NCBI RefSeq assembly: GCF_001677475.2
Contig: NZ_CP015229.1
Reading direction: 5' to 3' (one strand)
Length of the DNA: 64,000 bases
Origin: Escherichia coli
GTDB taxonomy: Bacteria > Pseudomonadota > Gammaproteobacteria > Enterobacterales > Enterobacteriaceae
The translations under genes were made by a program, and so were the position numbers. Of the stretch, positions 15,898 through 27,800 are shown piece after piece. The notes beneath the pieces were generated by a model that saw nothing but the letters and a program-made list of their open reading frames with translations, was not told the origin of the DNA and did no database searches. Within the stretch, counting starts at the first letter, position 1. Each line of letters starts with the position of its first letter.

Positions 15898-18141
15898 TCA
15901 GGCACTTTCGCGAATGGGTTCGATTTCATTCAACGTATCAATTAACGGCTGCGGCTTACCAATAAGATAACCCTGCATATAATCGATCCCCAAAGAGAGC
16001 ACCGCCTCGCGGATCTCTTCGTTTTCAACGTACTCTGCCACTACCAGCATTTTCTTCATTCGCGCCAGGTGGCAAATCGATGCCACTATCTGATAATCCA
16101 GACTATTTGACACAATATTGCGGATAAAACTGCCGTCAATTTTAAGCAGATCGGCATTCACATTTTTAAGCCGCGCATAGCTGGCGTAGCCGGTGCCGAA
16201 ATCATCAATCGCAATCTGGCAGCCTAATTCCTGAAGATGCTGCAAGGTGATTTGCGCCTGCTTAACATTGGTCAGAGCATTACTTTCGGTGACTTCAAAA
16301 ATAAGTTGCCACGCTTCAATCTGATATTTAGCCAGCAACTGACTGACTTCAACAGGAAAACGAGCCTGACATACCGAGGTTGGAGACAGATTAATAGCAA
16401 AACGGTGAGCGGGCATCTTCGCTCTGTTTTCAGCCATAAATTGCAGCGTATGCTCAATGACCCACATGTCGATACTCGACGATAAACCAAATTCGTGCGC
16501 GACCGGCAAGAAGCTATCGGGGCTGATCAATTCATCATTCTCACCTTTCATGCGCAGAAGAATTTCATGGTAAACATCACCACGCATACCGGTAATCGGC
16601 TGGGCCATCAGGAAAAAATGGTTGTGTTCCAGCGCCTGCTGTAGTCGATTCATCATCGCGACTTTATCTTTCAATTCGCGTTGCAAATACATTGCCCCGC
16701 GACGCTGCATATTTTCCGGGGCGTTGGTCACGATGGAAAGTTCGGCGACCGTATTTAGCTCTCCCAGCAGCAGGTAGATATGATTCACTGGCGAGCGCAC
16801 ATAGCAGTAACTGACGCCAATCTGCGGTTGCATCGGCATGCCATCCCAAAAGAAACGAAATTGCTTGAGATGGCTATCCAGTGCGGTAATGCGCTCCTGG
16901 TGCGATTCTGTATTCAGTCGCAGCGCGAGATCGTTACCCGAAAGCTGATAAACATCTTCACCCGGTTCCAGCAAGGGTGACAGCCAGTGAGAAAGTTTTT
17001 GCTTGTATTGAATCCGCAGCATGATGCCATAGTTCTTAACCAGCATTTCCATGCCAGGGATGCGTAAATAACAAAGCGCAGACCAGGGGGCATCACGCAA
17101 CGCGCGATTCAGGGCGCGAACATTTGGCAGATGAACCACCGGGTCCACATACGCAAGCCGCTGAATGCGTCTGACTACCGTTCTCTGACGGGTTGCCAGT
17201 ACAGCCATATAATTGACAATAAAAGAGAATACCAGATAACTGGAGGAGGTTATGGTCAGCTGCGTGGTATAGCCAGGATAAATGGGAATGTAATTTTGAT
17301 AGCTGTGGATGCTGATCATCAACACGACCGCCCAGAGCAGCGAAATCAGCTTATAACCATAGCGCATCGCTCCCCACATCATCAGGGGCAGCAATAATGA
17401 CAAGGTATAGTTGGTGCTAAAAATTGTGCTTTTTTCATTTAACGGCATGCATAACAGCAACAGTAAAGCACCTAATGCCAGTAGCCAGAGTGCGAACTCT
17501 TTTTTGGTGACTTTGACATCAACCTGCTGTTTTAATTGCGAATAATAGCTACGTAAATAAAATGGATTTCGCACTACCCGAATGATGAAGTAGCACAGCG
17601 GGACACCGATCAGATTACCCACCAGTAAGGCCTGATAATTGATTAAAGTCCCGAGGTTAAAAGGCATGACACCGACCAGATTTTCTCTACTCGCCAGTAA
17701 TCCTACAAATGCGGCAAACTGGAAAAGTATCAGAAACAGCGTTGCAGGAAACACAATCTGCCAGAATATACGCTGGGAAATTAAACGGGTATCACCATGT
17801 GAAACGTTGTTACGCCGGGGAGTAAAGACCCTGTAACCGCCCCAACAGAGAATGATAATGATAATAAAATTAGCCGTTAACGAGAGCGTTTCGTAAAAAC
17901 CCAGCTCTGAATATTTGCGGACAAAAATCCCTAAGGCGATCCCTGGCAATGCCGCCCAGCTGAAAAACATCATCATGCTGATCATCAGTGCCAGAGGCAG
18001 ATAAAAGAGAAAAACCTCACCGGAAGAAATATGCGCGAAAGTATTGATGTGGCCGAAAATGGGCAAGATTAAAGAAGGCAGGAACAGCGGAAGCCCCCAC
18101 CATTTATCACGTATTTTTATATAGGTTGCATTCAGTTTCAT
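15898..18141 (-). CDS. pdeF: Membrane-anchored c-di-GMP phosphodiesterase PdeF (YfgF)
   Basis: 747 aa; N-terminal multi-TM domain, degenerate GGDEF region, C-terminal EAL domain. Confidence 0.85.
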   Translation of the reverse strand: MKLNATYIKIRDKWWGLPLFLPSLILPIFGHINTFAHISSGEVFLFYLPLALMISMMMFFSWAALPGIALGIFVRKYSELGFYETLSLTANFIIIIILCWGGYRVFTPRRNNVSHGDTRLISQRIFWQIVFPATLFLILFQFAAFVGLLASRENLVGVMPFNLGTLINYQALLVGNLIGVPLCYFIIRVVRNPFYLRSYYSQLKQQVDVKVTKKEFALWLLALGALLLLLCMPLNEKSTIFSTNYTLSLLLPLMMWGAMRYGYKLISLLWAVVLMISIHSYQNYIPIYPGYTTQLTITSSSYLVFSFIVNYMAVLATRQRTVVRRIQRLAYVDPVVHLPNVRALNRALRDAPWSALCYLRIPGMEMLVKNYGIMLRIQYKQKLSHWLSPLLEPGEDVYQLSGNDLALRLNTESHQERITALDSHLKQFRFFWDGMPMQPQIGVSYCYVRSPVNHIYLLLGELNTVAELSIVTNAPENMQRRGAMYLQRELKDKVAMMNRLQQALEHNHFFLMAQPITGMRGDVYHEILLRMKGENDELISPDSFLPVAHEFGLSSSIDMWVIEHTLQFMAENRAKMPAHRFAINLSPTSVCQARFPVEVSQLLAKYQIEAWQLIFEVTESNALTNVKQAQITLQHLQELGCQIAIDDFGTGYASYARLKNVNADLLKIDGSFIRNIVSNSLDYQIVASICHLARMKKMLVVAEYVENEEIREAVLSLGIDYMQGYLIGKPQPLIDTLNEIEPIRESA

Positions 18142-18241
18142 AGATGCTCAGCAGAATCCCCCACATCCTGAAGGAGGTGTATTCAGACAGGCATCCCACC
18201 TGACTTCGAATGATGATTATTCATCACTATAGAGAGCATTA

Positions 18242-18282
18242 ATTCTAAGTGTCATATGAAAGTTCCAATTGATATATATCAA
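18242..18282 (-). promoter_or_regulatory. Candidate FNR-dependent class II promoter of pdeF
   Basis: Perfect FNR consensus TTGATatatATCAA at 18269-18282; minus-strand tagaat at 18242-18247, about 31 bp from the box centre. Confidence 0.5.
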
Positions 18283-18492
18283 ACAAAATAACCCTGATTA
18301 ATGAATTATTACGTTTATCATGTTAATTCATCATTATTACATCATCATTGTAAATAATTAAATTAACTTCCATAACATTAAAATATGTATCCACTGACGC
18401 TTTTTTACATAACGAAGAATTGACCATTTTGTCCTGTTGTGCCTTAATGTAAGTACCGTCCACTGCGTGGGACATACTTCAAGGAACCTTTT

Positions 18493-18684
18493 GTGAGTCA
18501 GGCAACCAGTATGCGAAAACGACACCGATTTAACAGTCGCATGACCCGTATCGTACTGCTCATCAGCTTTATCTTCTTCTTTGGCCGTTTTATCTACTCG
18601 TCCGTCGGTGCATGGCAGCACCATCAGAGCAAAAAAGAAGCTCAGCAATCCACACTCTCCGTCGAATCACCGGTACAACGTTAG
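18493..18684 (+). CDS. yfgG: Small membrane protein YfgG (63 aa)
   Basis: 63-aa ORF with basic N-terminus and one hydrophobic helix (IVLLISFIFFFGRFIY); position as in E. coli. Confidence 0.65.
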   Translation: MSQATSMRKRHRFNSRMTRIVLLISFIFFFGRFIYSSVGAWQHHQSKKEAQQSTLSVESPVQR

Positions 18685-18994
18685 CGGTTACCTTCTCCAC
18701 TTTCACAGAACATAACGGCACCTCGCTGTCGGATGCTTTTGCTCTTTGGGATTATCAAAGCGGCAGATATTCTTTCATCTTAAATTTTACGTCTTTGTCC
18801 TGACTGATGTTTATCCTGTTTGGCTGCGAAATAAATATAAAATTAATACATATGTTTTAATGATGTATTTTTATAAATTATTTTCCACGTGAATTTTAAT
18901 AAATTTAATCTATTCCTTTATACGCAATACATTTACTTTCCTCTTTTGATGATCTTAAATGTCTTATTTTTCGTAATGTGTATAACAAGGAATA

Positions 18995-19513
18995 GTGATG
19001 AAATTTAAAAAATGTCTTCTGCCTGTGGCAATGTTAGCGTCATTCACTCTGGCAGGATGCCAGTCAAATGCTGATGATCATGCCGCCGATGTTTATCAAA
19101 CCGATCAACTGAATACCAAACAAGAAACTAAAACCGTTAATATTATTTCCATTCTTCCCGCAAAAGTTGCCGTAGACAACTCCCAAAATAAACGAAACGC
19201 ACAAGCCTTCGGCGCGCTTATTGGTGCAGTCGCTGGCGGTGTAATCGGCCACAACGTGGGGTCTGGCAGCAATTCCGGAACGACGGCAGGTGCAGTTGGC
19301 GGCGGAGCTGTAGGCGCGGCAGCAGGTTCTATGGTGAATGATAAAACCTTAGTGGAAGGTGTTTCTCTAACGTATAAGGAAGGCACCAAAGTGTATACCT
19401 CCACCCAGGTGGGTAAAGAGTGCCAGTTTACGACAGGTTTAGCCGTTGTTATTACCACGACGTATAACGAAACGCGTATTCAGCCAAATACGAAATGTCC
19501 TGAAAAGAGCTAA
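18995..19513 (+). CDS. yfgH: Outer-membrane lipoprotein YfgH (glycine-zipper)
   Basis: Lipobox LAGC; glycine-rich segment GALIGAVAGGVIGHNVGSG. Confidence 0.8.
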   Translation: MMKFKKCLLPVAMLASFTLAGCQSNADDHAADVYQTDQLNTKQETKTVNIISILPAKVAVDNSQNKRNAQAFGALIGAVAGGVIGHNVGSGSNSGTTAGAVGGGAVGAAAGSMVNDKTLVEGVSLTYKEGTKVYTSTQVGKECQFTTGLAVVITTTYNETRIQPNTKCPEKS

Positions 19514-19528
19514 TGATCAGGAGGAGTC

Positions 19529-20068
19529 ATGAAGAAAGTTTTTCTTTGCGCCATCTTAGCCTCCTTAAGCTATCCGGCTATCGCCTCATCATTGCAGGAT
19601 CAACTCTCGGCTGTCGCAGAAGCGGAACAGCAAGGTAAAAATGAAGAGCAAAGGCAGCATGACGAATGGGTCGCGGAGCGCAACAGGGAAATCCAGCAAG
19701 AGAAGCAACGTCGCGCAAACGCCCAGGCCGCGGCTAATAAAAGAGCGGCAACGGCAGCGGCGAATAAGAAAGCTCGTCAGGATAAACTGGACGCCGAAGC
19801 CTCTGCGGACAAAAAACGCGATCAAAGTTATGAAGATGAGCTACGCAGCTTAGAGATTCAGAAACAAAAACTGGCGCTGGCAAAAGAAGAAGCCCGCGTT
19901 AAGCGAGAAAACGAATTTATCGATCAGGAACTGAAGCACAAAGCTGCGCAAACCGATGTGGTGCAATCTGAAGCTGACGCAAACAGGAATATGACTGAGG
20001 GCGGTCGAGATCTGATGAAAAGCGTGGGCAAAGCAGAAGAGAACAAATCGGACAGCTGGTTTAACTAA
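19529..20068 (+). CDS. yfgI: YfgI, secreted coiled-coil K/E/A-rich protein
   Basis: 179 aa with signal peptide and charged low-complexity region; RBS aggagt upstream. Confidence 0.8.
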   Translation: MKKVFLCAILASLSYPAIASSLQDQLSAVAEAEQQGKNEEQRQHDEWVAERNREIQQEKQRRANAQAAANKRAATAAANKKARQDKLDAEASADKKRDQSYEDELRSLEIQKQKLALAKEEARVKRENEFIDQELKHKAAQTDVVQSEADANRNMTEGGRDLMKSVGKAEENKSDSWFN

Positions 20069-20105
20069 GCGATGTCAGTAATTTCAAGCCTATGATTCGT
20101 GAGTA

Positions 20106-20136
20106 TAAAAAACCCTCTGTAGTAACAGAGGGTTTT
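20106..20136. terminator. Bidirectional terminator between convergent yfgI and guaA
   Basis: aaaaaaccctctgt-agtaa-cagagggtttt: 9-bp stem flanked by A-run and T-run. Confidence 0.6.
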
Positions 20137-20160
20137 GTTCATTCATAGTGCAGGGTCAAA

Positions 20161-21738
20161 TCATTCCCACTCAATAGTCGCTGGTGGCTTGCCGCTGATG
20201 TCATACACCACGCGGGAAATACCGTTCACTTCATTGATAATGCGGTTGGAAACGCGACCGAGGAAGTCATACGGCAGGTGCGCCCAGTGTGCGGTCATAA
20301 AGTCGATGGTTTCGACAGCACGCAGAGAAACAACCCAGTCATACTTACGACCATCGCCCATTACACCAACGGAACGTACCGGCAGGAAGACGGTGAACGC
20401 CTGGCTGACTTTGTCGTACAGGTCCGCTTTACGCAGTTCTTCAATAAAGATGGCGTCAGCACGGCGCAGCAGGTCGCAGTACTCTTTCTTCACTTCGCCC
20501 AGTACACGAACGCCGAGGCCTGGTCCCGGGAACGGGTGACGGTACAGCATGTCGTACGGCAGGCCCAGCTCCAGACCAATCTTACGCACTTCGTCTTTGA
20601 ACAGCTCTTTCAGCGGTTCAACCAGCCCCATCTTCATCTCTTTCGGCAGGCCGCCCACGTTGTGGTGAGATTTGATGACGTGTGCTTTACCGGTTGCAGA
20701 CGCCGCAGATTCGATAACGTCAGGGTAGATAGTACCCTGCGCCAGCCACTTCACGTCTTCCAGTTTCAGCGCTTCTTCATCGAATACTTCAACGAAAACG
20801 CGCCCGATGATTTTACGTTTTGCTTCCGGATCGTTTTCGCCAGCCAGCGCTGACAGGAAGCGATCTTCTGCCGGAACGTGAACAATATTGAGACCAAAGT
20901 GATCGCCAAACATATCCAGAACCTGCTCTGCTTCGTTGAGGCGCAGCAGGCCATTGTCGACGAATACGCAAGTCAGGTTTTTACCGATAGCGCGGTGCAG
21001 CAGCATTGCGGTTACGGAGGAATCCACACCACCAGAGAGGCCGAGGATGACTTTATCGTCGCCTACCTGCTCGCGGATGCGAGCTACAGCATCGTCGATA
21101 ATTTTCGCTGGCGTCCACAGGGCTTCACACTGGCAGATATCACGCACAAAACGCTCCAGCATGCGCATACCCTGGCGGGTGTGAGTCACTTCCGGGTGGA
21201 ACTGTACGCCATAGAAGCGTTTTTCTTCGTTAGCCATAATGGCAAACGGGCAGCTTTCGGTGCTGGCTACGGTGACGAAGTCGGACGGGATAGCGGTAAC
21301 TTTATCGCCGTGGCTCATCCAGACATCGAGCAGCGGTTTACCGTCTGCGGTCAGCGCATCTTCGATACCGCGAACCAGGGCGCTGTCGTTTACGACTTCA
21401 ACCTGCGCGTAGCCAAATTCACGTTCGTTAGAGGCTTCAACGTGACCGCCCAACTGCATTGCCATGGTCTGCATACCATAGCAAACGCCGAATACCGGTA
21501 CGCCTGCTTCAAAAACATACTGCGGCGCACGCGGGCTGTTTTCTTCGGTGGTGCTTTCCGGGCCGCCGGAAAGAATAATGCCGCTTGGATTGAAGTCACG
21601 AATTTGTGCTTCTGTCACATCCCATGCCCACAGTTCGCAGTAAACGCCCAGCTCACGCACGCGGCGCGCAACCAGTTGAGTATACTGGGAACCGAAGTCC
21701 AGAATGAGGATGCGATGCTTATGAATGTTTTCCGTCAT
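20161..21738 (-). CDS. guaA: GMP synthase (glutamine-hydrolysing)
   Basis: 525 aa; class-I amidotransferase domain plus ATP-pyrophosphatase SGGVDSS motif. Confidence 0.9.
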   Translation of the reverse strand: MTENIHKHRILILDFGSQYTQLVARRVRELGVYCELWAWDVTEAQIRDFNPSGIILSGGPESTTEENSPRAPQYVFEAGVPVFGVCYGMQTMAMQLGGHVEASNEREFGYAQVEVVNDSALVRGIEDALTADGKPLLDVWMSHGDKVTAIPSDFVTVASTESCPFAIMANEEKRFYGVQFHPEVTHTRQGMRMLERFVRDICQCEALWTPAKIIDDAVARIREQVGDDKVILGLSGGVDSSVTAMLLHRAIGKNLTCVFVDNGLLRLNEAEQVLDMFGDHFGLNIVHVPAEDRFLSALAGENDPEAKRKIIGRVFVEVFDEEALKLEDVKWLAQGTIYPDVIESAASATGKAHVIKSHHNVGGLPKEMKMGLVEPLKELFKDEVRKIGLELGLPYDMLYRHPFPGPGLGVRVLGEVKKEYCDLLRRADAIFIEELRKADLYDKVSQAFTVFLPVRSVGVMGDGRKYDWVVSLRAVETIDFMTAHWAHLPYDFLGRVSNRIINEVNGISRVVYDISGKPPATIEWE

Positions 21739-21806
21739 TGACGCTTATTCCGAGGCAAGTGAAACAGATAATATAAATCGCCCGACATGAAGTCGGGCGA
21801 AGAGAA

Positions 21807-23273
21807 TCAGGAGCCCAGACGGTAGTTCGGGGACTCTTTAGTAATGGTCACGTCGTGAACGTGGCTTTCCTGAATGCCCGCACCGCTGATACGTACAAAC
21901 TCCGCTTTAGTACGCAGTTCGTCGATAGTACCACAGCCGGTCAGACCCATACAGGAGCGCAGGCCGCCCATCTGCTGGTGAATGATCTCTTTCAGGCGAC
22001 CTTTATAAGCTACGCGACCTTCGATACCTTCCGGCACCAGTTTGTCGGCTGCGTTATCGCTCTGGAAATAACGGTCAGAGGAACCTTTGGACATCGCGCC
22101 CAGGGAACCCATACCACGGTACGATTTGTAAGAACGGCCCTGGTAGAGTTCAATTTCACCCGGAGATTCTTCAGTACCCGCCAGCATGGAACCCACCATT
22201 ACCGCGCTTGCGCCAGCGGCGATAGCTTTGGCGATGTCACCGGAGAAGCGAATACCACCATCTGCGATAACCGGAATACCTGTGCCTTCCAGCGCTTCAA
22301 CTGCGTCAGCAACGGCAGTGATCTGCGGAACACCTACGCCAGTAACGATACGAGTCGTACAGATAGAACCAGGGCCGATACCGACTTTAACCGCGCTGCA
22401 ACCAGCTTCTGCCAGAGCGCGTGCACCTGCAGCTGTTGCCACGTTGCCGCCGATGATTTGCAGATCCGGATATTTAGCACGGGTTTCACGGATACGTTGC
22501 AGTACACCTTCTGAGTGACCGTGGGAGGAGTCTATCAGCAGAACGTCAACGCCTGCGGCAACCAGCGCATCAACACGCTCTTCGTTACCCGCACCTGCGC
22601 CAACCGCTGCACCAACACGCAGACGGCCTTGCTCGTCTTTACAGGCGTTCGGTTTACGTTCCGCTTTCTGGAAGTCTTTCACGGTGATCATGCCGATCAG
22701 GTGGAATTCGTCATCAACCACCAGCGCTTTTTCAACGCGTTTTTCGTGCATTTTTGCGAGCACAACTTCACGGGCTTCACCTTCACGCACGGTTACCAGA
22801 CGTTCTTTCGGCGTCATGTAAACGCTAACCGGCTGGCTCAGGTCGGTAACAAAACGCACGTCACGACCGGTGATAATACCCACCAGTTCGTTTTCTTCGG
22901 TAACGACCGGATAGCCCGCAAAACCGTTACGCTCGGTCAGTTCTTTCACTTCGCGCAGCGTCGTGGTTGGCAGAACAGTCTGCGGATCAGTCACCACACC
23001 AGATTCGTGTTTTTTCACACGGCGAACTTCTTCTGCCTGGCGTTCAATGGACATGTTTTTGTGGATAAAGCCGATACCGCCTTCCTGAGCCAGAGCAATA
23101 GCCAGGCGCGCTTCCGTTACGGTATCCATTGCTGCGGAAAGCATAGGTATATTCAGACGAATAGTTTTCGTCAGCTGGGTGCTGAGGTCAGCAGTATTCG
23201 GCAGAACAGTAGAGTGAGCAGGAACGAGGAGAACGTCGTCAAACGTCAGAGCTTCTTTAGCGATACGTAGCAT
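21807..23273 (-). CDS. guaB: IMP dehydrogenase
   Basis: 488-aa product starting [24 protein letters not shown] pair and catalytic [11 protein letters not shown] loop. Confidence 0.9.
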   Translation of the reverse strand: MLRIAKEALTFDDVLLVPAHSTVLPNTADLSTQLTKTIRLNIPMLSAAMDTVTEARLAIALAQEGGIGFIHKNMSIERQAEEVRRVKKHESGVVTDPQTVLPTTTLREVKELTERNGFAGYPVVTEENELVGIITGRDVRFVTDLSQPVSVYMTPKERLVTVREGEAREVVLAKMHEKRVEKALVVDDEFHLIGMITVKDFQKAERKPNACKDEQGRLRVGAAVGAGAGNEERVDALVAAGVDVLLIDSSHGHSEGVLQRIRETRAKYPDLQIIGGNVATAAGARALAEAGCSAVKVGIGPGSICTTRIVTGVGVPQITAVADAVEALEGTGIPVIADGGIRFSGDIAKAIAAGASAVMVGSMLAGTEESPGEIELYQGRSYKSYRGMGSLGAMSKGSSDRYFQSDNAADKLVPEGIEGRVAYKGRLKEIIHQQMGGLRSCMGLTGCGTIDELRTKAEFVRISGAGIQESHVHDVTITKESPNYRLGS

Positions 23274-23316
23274 GGGCAATATCTCGACCAGAGTGGTTAA
23301 TAAATATTGCCGCGGC

Positions 23317-23341
23317 ATTATACAGAGCGTAACCGATTGCA
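23317..23341 (-). promoter_or_regulatory. Candidate guaB -10 hexamer with adjacent PurR-like half-palindrome
   Basis: Minus-strand tataat at 23317-23322; gcaatcggttacgc (reverse complement of 23328-23341) partly resembles a PurR box. Confidence 0.3.
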
Positions 23342-23404
23342 TCTACCCCTTTTTGCAAAAAATGCTTGCTATCCCCGAAGGGCGGGTTACTATCGACTGA
23401 ATAA

Positions 23405-24811
<1,407 letters not shown>

Positions 24812-24818
24812 GCCGATA

Positions 24819-24878
24819 TGATGCGCCAGCATCGCATCCGGCACTGGCTCCCAGGCCACGCCAGATGCGCCATGCTGG
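24819..24878. repeat. REP-like imperfect inverted repeats at the xseA/island junction
   Basis: gatgcgccagcatcgcatccggcac and ccagatgcgccatgctgg are imperfect mutual inverted copies filling the 67-bp gap between convergent xseA and ratA. Confidence 0.3.
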
Positions 24879-27800
24879 TTACTGGAAGCAGGTAACCAGA
24901 CCCGGTTTATTCATTAGCGTGATACTACAATCCTGTGCTCCAGTGCCTTCGTCCATCCCACACTGTTGAGAGGACAAATAAGGAAAACTTGGTGAAGACG
25001 GCCATCCCAGTGAATTAAAAACAGTATGCAACAACTCTAATTCATTGTATGTCGGTGCATTTTCTATGCTGCCACACTGCCTTGCGATATCCCATTTACT
25101 GGCATCAATGATATGTGCAGAAGCCCAGTTTTCGTAGTTAATAAACGGTGAGGATACGGGATTAGCCCCGGACGGCAATTCCGTCGTTAACAACGGTCGA
25201 TGTAGCGATTTACCATTCACCACTACCGTGTCTGCCATATGTCCCCAAAAGTGCGCCGAGGAAACATTCGGGCTGGTTGGCACCGTAAAAATAGCGTCCA
25301 GCGTGTCTGTCGCGGAAGCGTAATTAGCCAGAGTAACCGTCAGTGGCGTTTTATAACCAGGGGTATTATCCTGGCGGAGCGTAAAACTTGCCGTCCCATC
25401 AGCGCCTGTCATGCCACTAATGGTATTACCGCTTTCACTCAGCGTAATAGCCGAACCAGATAACGGCTGAACGATGAGATCGTCCATCGCCACCACATCA
25501 CCATACAACGTTGCCCCAGCGTTACGCGGCGATGCCTCACCACGTTTCAAAGTAAACTCCACATTCGGCACCGTATTCCCGGCGCTGTCTTTCACCGTCA
25601 CGGTAACGGGCATGGCTTCGCCTTTTTTCACTTTCGCCGCCTGGCTGTCAGCATCAAACGCTGTTGAGGTCAGTGTGACGCTGGAAACCGTCGCGCGCGC
25701 AGACACCAGGCACGCCTGATAAGCGGTATTAACATTCAATGTCGTCAAGCCATTTTTCATATCGAGCGACTGATTTTTGCCATCTGTAGTCTTATCCTGC
25801 GCCCACCAGCCATAATAAACTGACCAGCCAGTTTCCGTCGTAAAGGTGTTATTGGGATAACGTTGATACAGTGACTTCATATCGCTGAGCAACGGTTGTC
25901 GTGCTTCTTCACAGGGGCTGAGGCTGGCATTTGCTTTGGTTGTTGCTGAGAAATAGGGCCAGTCCTCATTATTGTTACTGATTTTATTCACCCCGGAGGT
26001 CGATGGCAGCTCTTTCCACAATTTCGGTCGTTCAAAGACGGTTCCATTTGCCGCTGTCACCGTTTCTGGCATATGGCCCCAGTAGTTGGCATCCGGAGTG
26101 TCAGGGCTGGTGACCACGGTAAATATCAGGTCCAGGTTTGACGTGATCTGCGGATCTTGTGCAAGCGAGACCGTAAACGGCGTTGCCAGGCCAGTGGTGT
26201 TGTTTTGCGTAACATTGAACGTCACAGTGCCATCACTGCCGGTAAAGCCAAGCCATTTTGCCGTATCCTGAGCAAAGGAAATGCTGGCTGCTGTCGGTGT
26301 GACGACATTTACAATAAGATCATCTGCCGAAGTAGATGAGGGCTTATTCCCTGTACGGTTTTTCGACTGCGCCCGCTGAAGCGTCACGCTCTCACCACTC
26401 ACCAGGTTGCCATTTTGGTCTTTTACTGTCACGACTAACGGGATTGTCTCGCCCTTTTTCGCCGATGCCGAAGGTGTGCCACCGTTGCTGGCGGTTTTCG
26501 TCTCATCAAATGCGGCTGACGTGAGAGTCACGCTTGATGATAAAGCGTGAGGCTGCGTCAGACAAAGCATCAGAGCAGACGGATAGAGAGAAGATGAAGG
26601 TTGTCCTGTTTTCAGGTTAATGACCTGATAATACCAGGACGTGCCACTAAGAGTAAGCTCATAAGTCCACCAGTTTCCGGCTGTTGTCGGCACCCCCAGA
26701 TCTGTCGTTATCGCCCCGTTAGGGTGATCGTTATAAAGCCCCTGCAACTCGCTGAGGCGCGGTTGATATTCCAGTGGGCAATCTGCCGTCGCTTTTTGAG
26801 TGTTGGATATATATGACCATGTCTCATTATTACCATTTACCGAGCTCCCCGAAGTTGCTTCCGCTGCCAGTAATGGGCGCTTGAAGGTCACGCCTGCCGA
26901 GCTGGTAAACGTTTCCGGCATATGGCCCCAGTATTTCGCTTTTGGCGAATCCGGGCTGGTTATCACCGTGAAAATGACATCCAGCGTGGCGCTTTTTGAG
27001 GTGTCGCGCATCAATGTTGCAGTGAGCGGGGTTGCGAACCCATAACTGCCGTTTTGGCTGACCTCAAACGTAGCTTTACCATCGCTTCCTGTCTTCAGAA
27101 GAGCCTGCGTCCCATCCTCATACAAGATTGACGTTACCCCGGTAGGCTCCAAAGGCACGATGGTAAGATCATCTGCAGAGGCATTGTACGCAGCTTTAGC
27201 GCGATTCAGCGCAGTCCCACGTTTAAGGTTAAAGCTGGCACCTGGCAGTGGATTGCCTGCGCTATCTCGCACCGTAACCGTCATCGGGATAACCTCTCCC
27301 TTCTTCGCCGTTGCACTGGGCCTGCCATCATTGCTCGCCGTTTTCGTTGCATCCTCTGCCGTTGAGGTCATCTCAATAGAAGCCGCCTCTGGATGAGGGT
27401 TTACCAGGCACAGCATTAATGCCGAGGTGGTTGAAGACGCTCTTCCACTTGATCCATTTAACAGAGAAATATATTGATCGTACCACTTACCCGCATATGC
27501 CACCACGTCGTAAGCCCACCAGTAGCTATTCACTGGAATACCCAGATCGGTCTTTATCGCACGACTTGGATGTTCGTCGTACAATGCCTGGAGTTCGCTT
27601 AACAGCGGTTGATAATGTACATCGCACCCGCTTTTATCTGCATCCCCCTTTGTTGCCGATTTCAACAATCCCCATGTTTCATTGTCTTCTATGACTCCAG
27701 ATTCTGACGATGTTTCGCTCTTGAGTAGTGGACGCCTGAAGGCAATCCCGGAACGCGTAGTGAACGTTTCCGCCATATGCCCCCAGTAACTTGCCAGGGG

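Noticed and set aside
20878..21741. 287-aa + strand ORF
   Set aside because: Lies entirely antisense to guaA and its translation is low-complexity; guaA on the opposite strand has clear GMP synthase motifs.
22515..23270. 251-aa + strand ORF (also 21855..22514 and 22186..22518)
   Set aside because: Antisense to guaB; compositionally biased His/Phe/Thr/Arg-rich translation typical of the reverse strand of a highly expressed gene.
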